From the NCBI GenBank assembly GCA_050114915.1, contig JASFRN010000004.1, positions 1 through 49,088 of the forward strand: a stretch of 49,088 bases of DNA, written 5' to 3'. Below the pieces are notes generated by a model that ran no database searches, was not told where the DNA came from, and saw nothing but the letters and a program-made list of their open reading frames with translations. Below are positions 17,280-25,703 of the stretch, one piece after another (positions within the stretch are counted from its first letter, which is position 1; each line of letters begins with the position of its first letter). A program made the translations under genes and the position numbers. This stretch comes from Gemmatimonadales bacterium (GTDB taxonomy: Bacteria; Gemmatimonadota; Gemmatimonadetes; Palauibacterales; Palauibacteraceae).

Positions 17280-17843
17280 TCAGGATCCGTCGTCCGCGGT
17301 GGTCGCCGCCGCGTCGGCGTCGTCATCGACGCCGGTGGGGGCCGAGGACGTCCGGAGGTACTCGAGGACAGCGCGCGCGTCCTCGTCGGTGAGCTGCTGA
17401 TCGGGCATCGGCGTGTAATACTGCGCCAGCAGCTTCTTCACTTCCGGATGGCGCGTGACCATCTCGTCGGTGTTGAGGATCATGTTCATCACGTACTCCG
17501 GCTTCCGGCGCTCCGTGACTCCCCCGAGGGGCGGGCCGACGTAGCGCTCGTCGAGCTTGTGGCACGCGGAACACTTGGTGGTGAAGATCTCCTGGCCACG
17601 CGCCACGAGCTCATCGTCGAACTCGTCTTCGAGATCGAGGTCGCGGACGGGACCGATGCCGTAAATCATCTCCTCCGCGGAGATACCGGCGGCCGAGGCC
17701 TCGGCCGCCGCCTCCGGGCTCAGCGACGGTTCGTCCGTGGCCGCCGAGCCACCTTCGCCGCCACACGCCACCGCGGTGAAGAGAACCAGCAGGAAGGGCA
17801 GCGAGCCGATGCGTCGCTGTCGGTGGATTGTCAGGGTCTGCAT
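17280..17843 (-). CDS. Monoheme cytochrome c lipoprotein (NosC-type)
   Basis: Lipobox AVAC, CSACH, VGPPL.GVT.RR...MNMILN, PMPDQ; directly upstream of nosZ. Confidence 0.9.
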   Translation of the reverse strand: MQTLTIHRQRRIGSLPFLLVLFTAVACGGEGGSAATDEPSLSPEAAAEASAAGISAEEMIYGIGPVRDLDLEDEFDDELVARGQEIFTTKCSACHKLDERYVGPPLGGVTERRKPEYVMNMILNTDEMVTRHPEVKKLLAQYYTPMPDQQLTDEDARAVLEYLRTSSAPTGVDDDADAAATTADDGS

Positions 17844-17916
17844 GCGATGGACCTCGCTGTATCTGGTTCACGGAGCCTGCCTGCCGACGAGCCCCGTATC
17901 CGGTCTGATGGGCCCG

Positions 17917-17945
17917 ATTCTACACCCGGGGTCGAGAATTGTCAA
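17917..17945 (-). promoter_or_regulatory. nos operon promoter TTGACA-N17-TAGAAT
   Basis: -35 at 17945-17940, -10 at 17922-17917. Confidence 0.78.
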
Positions 17946-17962
17946 GGATGTTTCCTTCATAA
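17939..17962. promoter_or_regulatory. Candidate operator TTGTCAAGG-N6-CCTTCATAA
   Basis: Imperfect palindrome overlapping the nos -35; equivalent to 10875-10898. Confidence 0.5.
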
Positions 17963-17973
17963 CCACTTAAACC

Positions 17974-18002
17974 TTGACAATAGGGCACGGTCGTGGCAGA
18001 GT
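17974..18002 (+). promoter_or_regulatory. Rightward promoter TTGACA-N14-TGG-CAGAGT, probably leaderless
   Basis: 17-nt spacing, extended -10; ATG 18009 follows a 6-nt gap with no SD. Confidence 0.6.
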
Positions 18003-18008
18003 GCTGCC

Positions 18009-18719
18009 ATGCGCGAAGCAGGTGAAGTGCGGATACCGGGGCTCGGCGACACCCAGCGGCAGCTGTTGCTCCTGCTCAAGCGGCGGGGTCCGTCGACGAC
18101 CGCGGAGCTCGCCGACGAGTGCCACCTGGCGCAGGGGACGCTTCGTGAGCACCTGTACTCGCTGGACGCACGGGGCCTGATCGAACGGGCCGGATCGCGC
18201 CGGCAGGGGCCGGGCCGACCCCGGGTCGTCTACCGCCTGAGCGACGTGGGTGAGAGCCTGTTCCCGAGCAACGAGGCGGAGCTCCTGGCGGCTTTCGTGC
18301 AGCACTTGCTCGCCACGGGGCGGGCCGAGCTGGTCGACCGGTTCTTCGAACAGCGCTCCGAGCTGGCCTATGCCGAGGCGGCGCCCGCCCTCGAAGGGGT
18401 GCCCGTCGAGGAACGCGAGCGAGAAGCGGTCCGGGTGCTCAAGGCGGCCGGGTTCATGCCCGAGTTGCTTCGCGACGAGGCCACGGGGGAGATGATCCTG
18501 CAGCTGTGCAACTGCCCGCTCAAGTCGGTGATCGCCATCACCCGGCGGCCCTGCGCGGCCGAGGAGAAGCTGGTGGCTCAGCTGGTGGATGCACGGATCG
18601 AGCGCTTCGCCTACATGCCCGAGGGGGACGACAGTTGCTCGTATCGCATCCGGCGCGCGCCCGCGGCGGAGGAGGATGACGCGCAGGGCGACGGACCGAC
18701 CGGCCAGCGGGGGAACTGA
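18009..18719 (+). CDS. Winged-HTH transcriptional regulator, SufR/COG2345-like (copy 2)
   Basis: C-terminal part of track ORF 15192..18719; LCNCP-x11-C..E, GDDSCSY; 126/219 identities with copy 1 by hand count. Confidence 0.85.
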   Translation: MREAGEVRIPGLGDTQRQLLLLLKRRGPSTTAELADECHLAQGTLREHLYSLDARGLIERAGSRRQGPGRPRVVYRLSDVGESLFPSNEAELLAAFVQHLLATGRAELVDRFFEQRSELAYAEAAPALEGVPVEEREREAVRVLKAAGFMPELLRDEATGEMILQLCNCPLKSVIAITRRPCAAEEKLVAQLVDARIERFAYMPEGDDSCSYRIRRAPAAEEDDAQGDGPTGQRGN

Positions 18720-18725
18720 ATGCAG

Positions 18726-18761
18726 CGAACCCCCGGCACCGGGATCGGCGCCGGGGGCTCG
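18726..18761. terminator. GC hairpin between convergent genes
   Basis: CGAACCCCCGGCACCG-GGAT-CGGCGCCGGGGGCTCG imperfect stem. Confidence 0.5.
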
Positions 18762-18788
18762 ACTCCTACATCGGGCGGGACGACCTGA

Positions 18789-19466
18789 TCAGGTCCTCTC
18801 GTTCCCGTCCTCCGACTGCGTGACCATGTCTTCCGTGTCGGTCTGCGCCTCCGGGGCGTAGTCGATCACGAACGCCACCCGACGGTTCACGAGGCCCGCG
18901 TCGCCCGGTCCCCGGGCACCCGGCTCGACGAGACGATCTTCGCCGTAGCCGACCGTGCGCATGTTCGCGTCCGCGAGGCCGTTCGACTGCAAGTACGTGG
19001 CGACCGCGGCGGCACGCCGCTCGGACAGCCGCTGGTTGTAGGCCCGCGAGCCGGCCGGATCGGCGAAGCCCTCGACCGTGATCAGGGCGCCGTCGTAGTA
19101 GTTGCCGACGATATCCGCGAACCGGTCGAGCAGCACGCGATCCTGGCTCCGGACCGTGGCGTCGTCGAACGCGAAGTGTACCGGCGTCGTGAACCGCACG
19201 CCGTTCTGCAGCCGGGCCACCTGCACGTCGAACTCGTCCCGCAGCTCACCCAGCTCGCTCTCGAGACCGTCGATCCGCGTCTGCATGGCCGCGATCTGCT
19301 CTTCGTTGGTGCCGACCCGGGAATCGAGGCCCGAGATGTCGGCGCGGACGGCCGCCATGTCGGCCTCGTACGTGTCCCTGTCGACCTTCGGCGAGCAAGC
19401 CGCCGTCAAAACGAGCAGGGCGGCGGTTCCTACGGCCAGCGGCCGCGCACGAAATGTGGTGCTCAC
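18789..19466 (-). CDS. OmpA/Pal-like peptidoglycan-binding lipoprotein with coiled coil
   Basis: GTG 19466 after GGGAGA; lipobox LTAAC; VHFAFD, EGFADPAG...YNQRLSERRA..V, GYGE, NRRV. Confidence 0.88.
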   Translation of the reverse strand: MSTTFRARPLAVGTAALLVLTAACSPKVDRDTYEADMAAVRADISGLDSRVGTNEEQIAAMQTRIDGLESELGELRDEFDVQVARLQNGVRFTTPVHFAFDDATVRSQDRVLLDRFADIVGNYYDGALITVEGFADPAGSRAYNQRLSERRAAAVATYLQSNGLADANMRTVGYGEDRLVEPGARGPGDAGLVNRRVAFVIDYAPEAQTDTEDMVTQSEDGNERT

Positions 19467-19493
19467 TTGATTCTCCCTCGTTGAAAATTCCAC

Positions 19494-20138
19494 TCAGTCG
19501 GCCGTGGCCGCTTCTCTATCGGAAGGGGACTCCTTCGAGGAGCCCTCTTCCGCCTCCAGGGAAACCGGCAGGGGCCGAAGCAGCTCGAACTGGAGGACCG
19601 AGCCGGCCGGAACGAATGCGTAGTGTTCCTTCGTCAGCAGGGCGACGCCCGTTCCCGCCGCGGCACCCGCGACGGCTCCGACCGCGGCGTCCTTCACTTC
19701 GCCGCCGGCCAGGCCGCCGACGATGGCACCGGCCGCCGCGCCGCCACCGATCTTCTTTCCTTCGTCCTTCATCTCCGACTTCTTCGTCGGCGAGAATTCG
19801 ACGAGCGAGGCGTCCAGCTCATGCGACTCTCCACGGACGTCGATGTTCGTGAACTCGAGCTGCAAACGGGGCGGATCCTCCTGGAACGCGAGGATCTTGC
19901 CGTTGACGACGGAGCCGGCGGGGATGAGCACGGCGCCCTCGTCGCCGTAGACCGCGTCGGTCACGCTGGCGGTGAAGCCGCTGCCGGTTCCGTGCTTTTC
20001 GGAGTTCAAGGTCTGGTTGAGGCGGACCTTGACCGTCGTGCCGTCGGGGACCTCGGCACGATCGGCGGCGACTCCGACGCCGCAGGCCGCGACGGCGGCG
20101 GTGGCGAGGAACGCGAGTTTCGTCGAGCGTCCGAACAT
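19494..20138 (-). CDS. Secreted hypothetical protein with glycine-zipper segment
   Basis: Signal peptide, VPDGT...RLNQTL.S, IPAGS.V.G, IGGGAAAGAIVGGLAGG..AAVGAVAGAAAGTG; AGAGG SD. Confidence 0.75.
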   Translation of the reverse strand: MFGRSTKLAFLATAAVAACGVGVAADRAEVPDGTTVKVRLNQTLNSEKHGTGSGFTASVTDAVYGDEGAVLIPAGSVVNGKILAFQEDPPRLQLEFTNIDVRGESHELDASLVEFSPTKKSEMKDEGKKIGGGAAAGAIVGGLAGGEVKDAAVGAVAGAAAGTGVALLTKEHYAFVPAGSVLQFELLRPLPVSLEAEEGSSKESPSDREAATAD

Positions 20139-20217
20139 CTATCTACCTCTGTCTGTGTCGGGGAATTGCGGCCGGAGTCTCGAGCGATCCTGAGACACCG
20201 GGTCGGCCCATTGAATA

Positions 20218-20233
20218 TGCAATCGCCATGCCG
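20218..20233 (-). promoter_or_regulatory. sigma54 promoter CGGCATGGCGATTGCA
   Basis: GG-N10-GC with TTGCA; AT-rich tract 20244-20275 upstream; divergent from an NtrC-family gene. Confidence 0.7.
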
Positions 20234-20317
20234 ACGATCATCGTATATCTAAGTAGCTATTGTTTAGTTAGTTACGGGAGGTGCAGGCGCCTGAGAGCGA
20301 CGTCCGGGAAGGGCCGA

Positions 20318-20368
20318 TCCGGGAGAATTTCCCCCTCGCGCTCCGTCCCGGGTCCGGGAAGAATTCCC
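20318..20368. promoter_or_regulatory. Tandem palindromic enhancer (UAS) candidates
   Basis: TCCGGGAGAATTTCCC (20318-20333) and TCCGGGAAGAATTCCC (20353-20368), 35 bp apart. Confidence 0.55.
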
Positions 20369-20460
20369 GTTTCGGGTAGCGCCGAGAGGCCCGACCGCGT
20401 TGATTGCCGCCGTCCCGGGGCGCGATCCGATCCCCGATTCACTTACGACGAGAGGCCTGG

Positions 20461-21834
20461 ATGACCGCGCATTCGCTGTCCGTGCTGGTGGTCGATGACG
20501 ACGAGACGATGCGCGAGGTGCTCACCGTGCGCCTGGAGGACTGGGGGTATCGAGTAGACACCGCCGCCGACGCCTCGGCCGCTCGTTCCGCGATCGAGGA
20601 CCGCGACCCCGACGTGGTACTGGCCGACATCGTCCTGCCCGGCATGTCCGGGATCGATCTGCTGCGCCTGCTGAAGGAGGACGACGCTTCGCGGCCGGTG
20701 ATCCTGATGACCGGCCATGGAAGCGTCGATCTGGCCGTCGAGGCGATGAAGGAGGGCGCCGAAGACTTCCTGACGAAACCGCTCGAGACCGACAAGCTCG
20801 AGGCCGTGCTGAAGGCCGTGATCGCCGACCTCTCCCTGCGGCACCGCGCCGCGGAGCTCGATCAGCAGCTGGAGGACCAGCCGGGATTCGCGGGGATGAT
20901 CGGCCGCAGCGACGCGATGCAGGAGGTGTTTCAAACCGTCGAGCTGCTGGCGAAGAACGAAGCCTCGGCGATCATCACGGGCGCGAGCGGAACCGGAAAA
21001 GAACTCGTGGCCCGTTCGATCCATCAGCTGAGCAACCGCGCGGACGGTCCGTTCGTCGCGCTCAACTGCGCGGCGATCCCGGAGGGCCTGATCGAGAGCG
21101 AGCTGTTCGGCCACACGAAGGGAGCGTTCACCGGCGCCTCGCAGATGCGCCAGGGCGCTTTCGAGCTGGCCGACGGCGGGGTGCTGCTCCTCGACGAGAT
21201 CGCCGAGATGCCGATCAACCTGCAGCCCAAGTTCCTGCGCATTCTCGAAGACCAGAAGGTCCGGCGTCTCGGCGGTAGCCGCGACATCCAGTTCGACGTC
21301 CGGGTGATCGCGGCCACGAACCGCCCGATCGATGCCGCGATCGCGGACGACATGCTCCGCGAAGACCTCTACTTCCGGCTGGCCGTGTTCGAGGTCCGGC
21401 TGCCCGACCTGAAGGATCGGGAGGGGGACATCCCTCTGCTCGTGCAGGCGTTCATCCGCGAGTTCAACCGGAAGCACGATACCGACGTCCAGGGACTGCG
21501 CGACGACGCGCTCGAGCAGCTCGAGCGCCATCATTGGCCCGGCAACGTGCGCGAACTGCGCAACGTCATCGAGCGCGCCACGATCGTCGCGGGCTCGGGC
21601 TGGATCGAGACCGGGCAGCTACCCCTCTTCCTGCGAGCGCCGCGCGAGGAAGACGAGCCGATGCTCACCCTCGAGGTGGGCGAGACGACGGCGAGCCAGG
21701 CCGAGAAGGAGCTCATCCTCCGCACGCTCGAGGTGACGGGCGGCAACAAGGCCGAGACCGCGCGGCGGCTGGAGCTCGACGTCAAGACGATCCGGAACAA
21801 GCTGAAGCGGTACGAGGAAGAGGACGAGCAGTAA
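20461..21834 (+). CDS. sigma54-dependent response regulator (NtrC family)
   Basis: Receiver (VVDDD, D..LPG, KP), GASGTGKE, ESELFGH.KGAFTGA, WPGNVREL, Fis-type HTH. Confidence 0.95.
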   Translation: MTAHSLSVLVVDDDETMREVLTVRLEDWGYRVDTAADASAARSAIEDRDPDVVLADIVLPGMSGIDLLRLLKEDDASRPVILMTGHGSVDLAVEAMKEGAEDFLTKPLETDKLEAVLKAVIADLSLRHRAAELDQQLEDQPGFAGMIGRSDAMQEVFQTVELLAKNEASAIITGASGTGKELVARSIHQLSNRADGPFVALNCAAIPEGLIESELFGHTKGAFTGASQMRQGAFELADGGVLLLDEIAEMPINLQPKFLRILEDQKVRRLGGSRDIQFDVRVIAATNRPIDAAIADDMLREDLYFRLAVFEVRLPDLKDREGDIPLLVQAFIREFNRKHDTDVQGLRDDALEQLERHHWPGNVRELRNVIERATIVAGSGWIETGQLPLFLRAPREEDEPMLTLEVGETTASQAEKELILRTLEVTGGNKAETARRLELDVKTIRNKLKRYEEEDEQ

Positions 21835-21856
21835 TGAGGGGTTCGGGCGTCCGCCG

Positions 21857-23293
21857 GTGAAGGTCTCGACGAAGCTGTGGACCGGGTACGGGCTCCTGCT
21901 GGTGCTGCTCGGGTCCTTGCTGGTCTATCACGTCCGCATCATCGGCGATCTCGCCGAAGCCCAGGAGCGGGTCACGGAAGTATCGGTGCGGCTTTCGGTG
22001 AGCAGCGCCGAACAGCTGTACCGGCTCGACCGGCTCGTCGACGCGGGGCAGAAGTTCGGCGTCACCCGCGACTCCCTCTACGCGCAGCTGTACCACCGGA
22101 CGGCGGCCGAGATGGACAGCGCCCTCGCGGTGCTCGAGGGCCTGTCGAGGGGGGCGCCCGAGGGCAGCCGGGTCCGGGCCCTGATCGACGAGTGGGAGAG
22201 TTTCCGCGGACCGGACGACCCACCCCGAATCCCCCCCGCCGACGTTCTCGCGGCCGAGAGCGACAGCCTGCAGCAGGCGATCATCGACGTCTCCACCGCC
22301 GCGCGGTCCTCGATGCTCGCCGAGAAGGAACGGGCGGGGAGAGACGTGGAGCGCGCCCGTCGCAGCGCCTGGATCGTCGGTGGGGCGGCGCTGGTGGCCG
22401 GCCTGTCGATCATCCTGCTCATCATCCGCTCGATCTCGGGGTCGCTGAACCGGCTGTCGGCGGCGACGCGCGAGGTGGCGCAGGGGAAGTTCGGGCACCG
22501 GCTCGGAGGCACGCACGACGAGGAGTTCCGCGAGCTGGCGGAGAACTTCAACCAGATGGTCCATCGCCTCGAGGAGGTCGACGAGCTGAAGCGCGGCTTC
22601 ATCTCCGGAATCTCGCACGACCTGAAGAGCCCGCTCGCATCGATGAAGGAGGCGATGCAGGTCCTGATCGACGGCATCCCCGGCCCCCTCAACGCCCGCC
22701 AGGAGCGCTTGCTGCGACTCGGCCTCGCCAGCGGTGATCGCCTGTCGTCGATGATCTCCGATCTCCTGACCCTCTCGCAGCTCGAGTCCCACGCGATCGG
22801 GTACACGTTCGAACCCGTCGACCTCTCCGACGTGGCGCGCAGGGCCGCCGAACGACTCGAGGCCCGGCTGCAGCAGGCCGACGTGAAGCCGCAGGTCGAC
22901 GTGCCGGATCGGCTGGTCGTGGCCTGCGACGAAGATCGCGTGTCCCAGGTGATCGAGAACTTGCTCGACAACGCGCTGAAACACTCGCCGCGTGGAAGCG
23001 CGATCGAGCTGCGACTGCATCGGATCGAAAACGGCGGCGAGCCGGAGGCGGAGATCCGCGTGTCGGACCGCGGGCCGGGTGTGCCAGAGGAGGACCGGGC
23101 CGCGATCTTCGAGCGCTTCGTGCAACGCGGCGAGCTAGGTGGGTCGGCGGCGGGGGTCGGTCTGGGGCTGACGATCTGCCGCGAGATCGTGGCGGCACAC
23201 GGCGGTCGCATCGGGGTGGAAGAAAACCCCGGCGGGGGCAGCACGTTCTCGTTCACCCTGCCGCTCGAGCAGCCGGAAGTCGCCCCGGCATGA
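21857..23293 (+). CDS. HAMP-domain sensor histidine kinase
   Basis: Two TM helices, HAMP, SHDLKSPL, NLLDNALK, D.GPG, GVGLGL. Confidence 0.93.
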   Translation: MKVSTKLWTGYGLLLVLLGSLLVYHVRIIGDLAEAQERVTEVSVRLSVSSAEQLYRLDRLVDAGQKFGVTRDSLYAQLYHRTAAEMDSALAVLEGLSRGAPEGSRVRALIDEWESFRGPDDPPRIPPADVLAAESDSLQQAIIDVSTAARSSMLAEKERAGRDVERARRSAWIVGGAALVAGLSIILLIIRSISGSLNRLSAATREVAQGKFGHRLGGTHDEEFRELAENFNQMVHRLEEVDELKRGFISGISHDLKSPLASMKEAMQVLIDGIPGPLNARQERLLRLGLASGDRLSSMISDLLTLSQLESHAIGYTFEPVDLSDVARRAAERLEARLQQADVKPQVDVPDRLVVACDEDRVSQVIENLLDNALKHSPRGSAIELRLHRIENGGEPEAEIRVSDRGPGVPEEDRAAIFERFVQRGELGGSAAGVGLGLTICREIVAAHGGRIGVEENPGGGSTFSFTLPLEQPEVAPA

Positions 23294-23325
23294 GGCGCCG
23301 CGCAAACCCGCACCGGGAGGCCGTC

Positions 23326-23877
23326 ATGGGTCCACGTCCCGAGAAGAGGCAGCACCGGTGTGTGCGTTCCGCCCCTGCGCGGTTCGCGCTGCTGGTCGCG
23401 GCCGCCACCCTGGCGAGCGGCTGCGCCGTGTTCGGCGGCGGGGCGGGTGACGAACCCCGGGACGGCAGCCCCGCGGAGCGCCAGGCACCGCCGCCCGAGC
23501 CGGTAGCGGCCGAGGCGGATCCCGCTCCGTCGGAGATCGAGGCGCGCCTGCGCGCCGGGGACTATGACGGCGTGCTGGCGGCCTACGCGGCCGACAGCAC
23601 CCTGCACACCGACGAGGATGCGACGTACGCCGCGGGCATCGCGGCCGCGATGTCGGGCCACGACGGCTACGATCCACGCCGTGCGGCGGAGCTGTTCCAG
23701 CGTCTGCTGGTGGAACACCCGGACACGCCGCGGCGCTCCGAGGTCGAGCTCTACCTCGACATGCTCGGCCGCGAGCGCGATCTGAGGTCGCTGGTGGGTC
23801 GGCTCGATCGGGAGCTCAAGCAGCTGAAGGCCATCGATCTCGGACAGGCGCCCGGGGAAGGGGAGGCGAAGCCATGA
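23326..23877 (+). CDS. Lipoprotein with C-terminal coiled coil (QseG/YfhG-like position and architecture)
   Basis: GGGAGG SD before ATG 23326 (alternative 23290); lipobox LASGC; ends LDRELKQLKAIDL. Confidence 0.65.
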   Translation: MGPRPEKRQHRCVRSAPARFALLVAAATLASGCAVFGGGAGDEPRDGSPAERQAPPPEPVAAEADPAPSEIEARLRAGDYDGVLAAYAADSTLHTDEDATYAAGIAAAMSGHDGYDPRRAAELFQRLLVEHPDTPRRSEVELYLDMLGRERDLRSLVGRLDRELKQLKAIDLGQAPGEGEAKP

Positions 23878-24320
23878 GCGCTCCGGAGTTCGAAGTCGGC
23901 CGTCTCCTGCGCTACGTCGTGCTCATCGGCATCGCGTTCGTTCTCGCCCTGCCGATCGGCTGGGAACGGCAACACGCCCACCGGCCCGCGGGCCTGCGCA
24001 CGTTCCCGATCGTGGCGATCGCGTGCTGCGTGTTCGTCCTCATCGGCACGGAGGTCTTCCCGAATTCGCCCGACGCGCAGTCGCGGCTGATCGCGGGGCT
24101 GATGACCGGGATGGGGTTCATCGGCGGCGGGGCGATTCTCAAGGGTCCGCAGGGAGAGGACGTGCGCGGCGTCACCACCGCGGCGAGCCTGTGGACGATG
24201 GCCGCGCTCGGGGCCGCCGTGGCGTACGGGCGGCTCGAGCTCGCCCTCGCCCTGGTGGCGTTCAACCTGGTGATCCTGCGCTGGCTCGCGCCGCTGTTCG
24301 GAGAGAAGAAGGAGCGCTGA
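23874..24320 (+). CDS. MgtC/SapB family membrane protein
   Basis: IGWER...PAGLRTF, TGMGFIGGGAILK, GVTTAASLW. Confidence 0.9.
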   Translation: MSAPEFEVGRLLRYVVLIGIAFVLALPIGWERQHAHRPAGLRTFPIVAIACCVFVLIGTEVFPNSPDAQSRLIAGLMTGMGFIGGGAILKGPQGEDVRGVTTAASLWTMAALGAAVAYGRLELALALVAFNLVILRWLAPLFGEKKER

Positions 24321-24336
24321 CGGCCGCGGCCGGGCG

Positions 24337-24987
24337 TCAATCGATCCGGTAGCCGCGCAGCATGCCGGCGCCCTCGATCCGTGACGCCAGCTGCTCGAGG
24401 TCCGCGGGCGAGCCCGACACCGACACGACCACCGTACGGAGGCCCGAGTCGGCGTCCTTCGCCAGGGCTTCCACTTCCGACGTGACCGCCGCCCCCAGCA
24501 GCTCCCGCAGCTGAGCGACCGAGCTCTCGGCCCCCAGCGTCACCGTGAGCTGGCGCCGATGAACTCCGCGGCCGCGGCGCTCCAGAAACCGGTCGATGCT
24601 CGTCACGATCCAGATTGCCGCATAGACGAGCCCCCCCAGCAGATACTCTCCAACGCCGATCGTGAGGCCGAATACCGCGACGATCCAGATCGTGGCCGCC
24701 GACGTGAAGCCGGAGATCCGTTCGGGGGTCGCGGATCGAACGAGCGCACCGGCGCCGAGGAACCCGATGCCGGTGACGATCGCGCCGAGCAGGGCGAGCG
24801 GCGCGTCCGGGGCGAGGCGCACCGCCACGAGCGCGAGCGCGCAGGAGCCCACCGCGACGAAGGTGAACGTGCCGAAGCCGATCGGCTTGCCGGACCGCTG
24901 GCGCACGAGCCCGAAGACGAGTGACAGCACGATGGCCGCGCCGAGTCGGGCCAGCGCCACGTCGGCGCCGATGGGAAGCGTGAGCAT
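24337..24987 (-). CDS. MgtC/SapB family membrane protein with C-terminal domain
   Basis: KPIGFGTF, IVTGIGFLGAG, GFTSAATIW...GL.IG.G. Confidence 0.88.
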   Translation of the reverse strand: MLTLPIGADVALARLGAAIVLSLVFGLVRQRSGKPIGFGTFTFVAVGSCALALVAVRLAPDAPLALLGAIVTGIGFLGAGALVRSATPERISGFTSAATIWIVAVFGLTIGVGEYLLGGLVYAAIWIVTSIDRFLERRGRGVHRRQLTVTLGAESSVAQLRELLGAAVTSEVEALAKDADSGLRTVVVSVSGSPADLEQLASRIEGAGMLRGYRID

Positions 24988-25052
24988 GTCCGGAAGCTAC
25001 CGGGAGCGGACCGGGCCGGACCAGCCGGCCGCGTCCGCTCCCGGCGCGGTGA

Positions 25053-25253
25053 TCAACTCGCGGGCGGTCCCGACTCGTGCGAGCGTCCGGCCCGCAGGAT
25101 GAGCACTACCGAGCCGATCATCAGGGCGTATACGATGAACGCGCTCGCGTCGTGCGGAATGTTCGTCAGGATCTCGTGAAACGTCAGGCCGGCCGTGAGG
25201 GTCGGCGTCGCCGCCGCGACGGACGCGGCTGCGGGGATGAGCTGTACGGTCAT
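25053..25253 (-). CDS. Small single-TM hypothetical protein (66 aa)
   Basis: CAGGAGA SD upstream; hydrophobic AFIVYALMIGSVVLIL. Confidence 0.6.
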   Translation of the reverse strand: MTVQLIPAAASVAAATPTLTAGLTFHEILTNIPHDASAFIVYALMIGSVVLILRAGRSHESGPPAS

Positions 25254-25340
25254 GTCCGAAATCTCCTGTGTCTCGCCGGCGGTGGCCGGCGAGGGATCTG
25301 GTGGCGGCTCCCGCCGGATTCGGCGAAGCCTGCGAAACGG

Positions 25341-25703
25341 TCAGATCCCGGAGATCGGAGGGGCGGTGGGAGGAGATGCGCTTCGTCCTGCCCGGGCCAG
25401 CGCCTGTGCGGCGCGCCACGGGCAGAATCCGTCGGCGACGGCGCCTTTCGCCGCCGGTAGAATCCGGGCGGGTCCGGGGAGCGTCGTCGTCGGAAGATCG
25501 CCGGCGTTTCCGTCCAGGCGCTCGACGCCGCGTACGTCGACCGCCGTGGAAGCGGCGGGGAGCGGAGCCGAGGTGGCCAGTCGCAACTCGGTCCTCGCTT
25601 CCGTGCCGAAAGCGAAGCCGGGCGCTGCGAGCTGCAGGGCGACGGCGGCCGCCAGCAAGGCGAGCGGCAGACGTCGCGGCGAAACGGTCGACCGACGGAT
25701 CAT
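25341..25703 (-). CDS. Signal-peptide-bearing low-complexity protein ending SPPTAPP-ISGI (possible leader/arrest peptide)
   Basis: Preceded by TTGGCG-N18-TAGAAT-N6-ATG (25739-25710), leaderless geometry; RRLPLALLAAAVALQLAAPGFA signal. Confidence 0.5.
   Translation of the reverse strand: MIRRSTVSPRRLPLALLAAAVALQLAAPGFAFGTEARTELRLATSAPLPAASTAVDVRGVERLDGNAGDLPTTTLPGPARILPAAKGAVADGFCPWRAAQALARAGRSASPPTAPPISGI

Noticed and set aside
15192-18008. N-terminal about 940 aa of the 1175-aa plus-strand ORF
   Set aside because: Antisense to nosZ and cytochrome c; only the part from ATG 18009 aligns with the paralogous regulator
10946-18719. Regulator copies as direct repeats of a mobile element carrying nos
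   Set aside because: Only about 57% protein identity (old duplication); no transposase, integrase or att-like repeats seen
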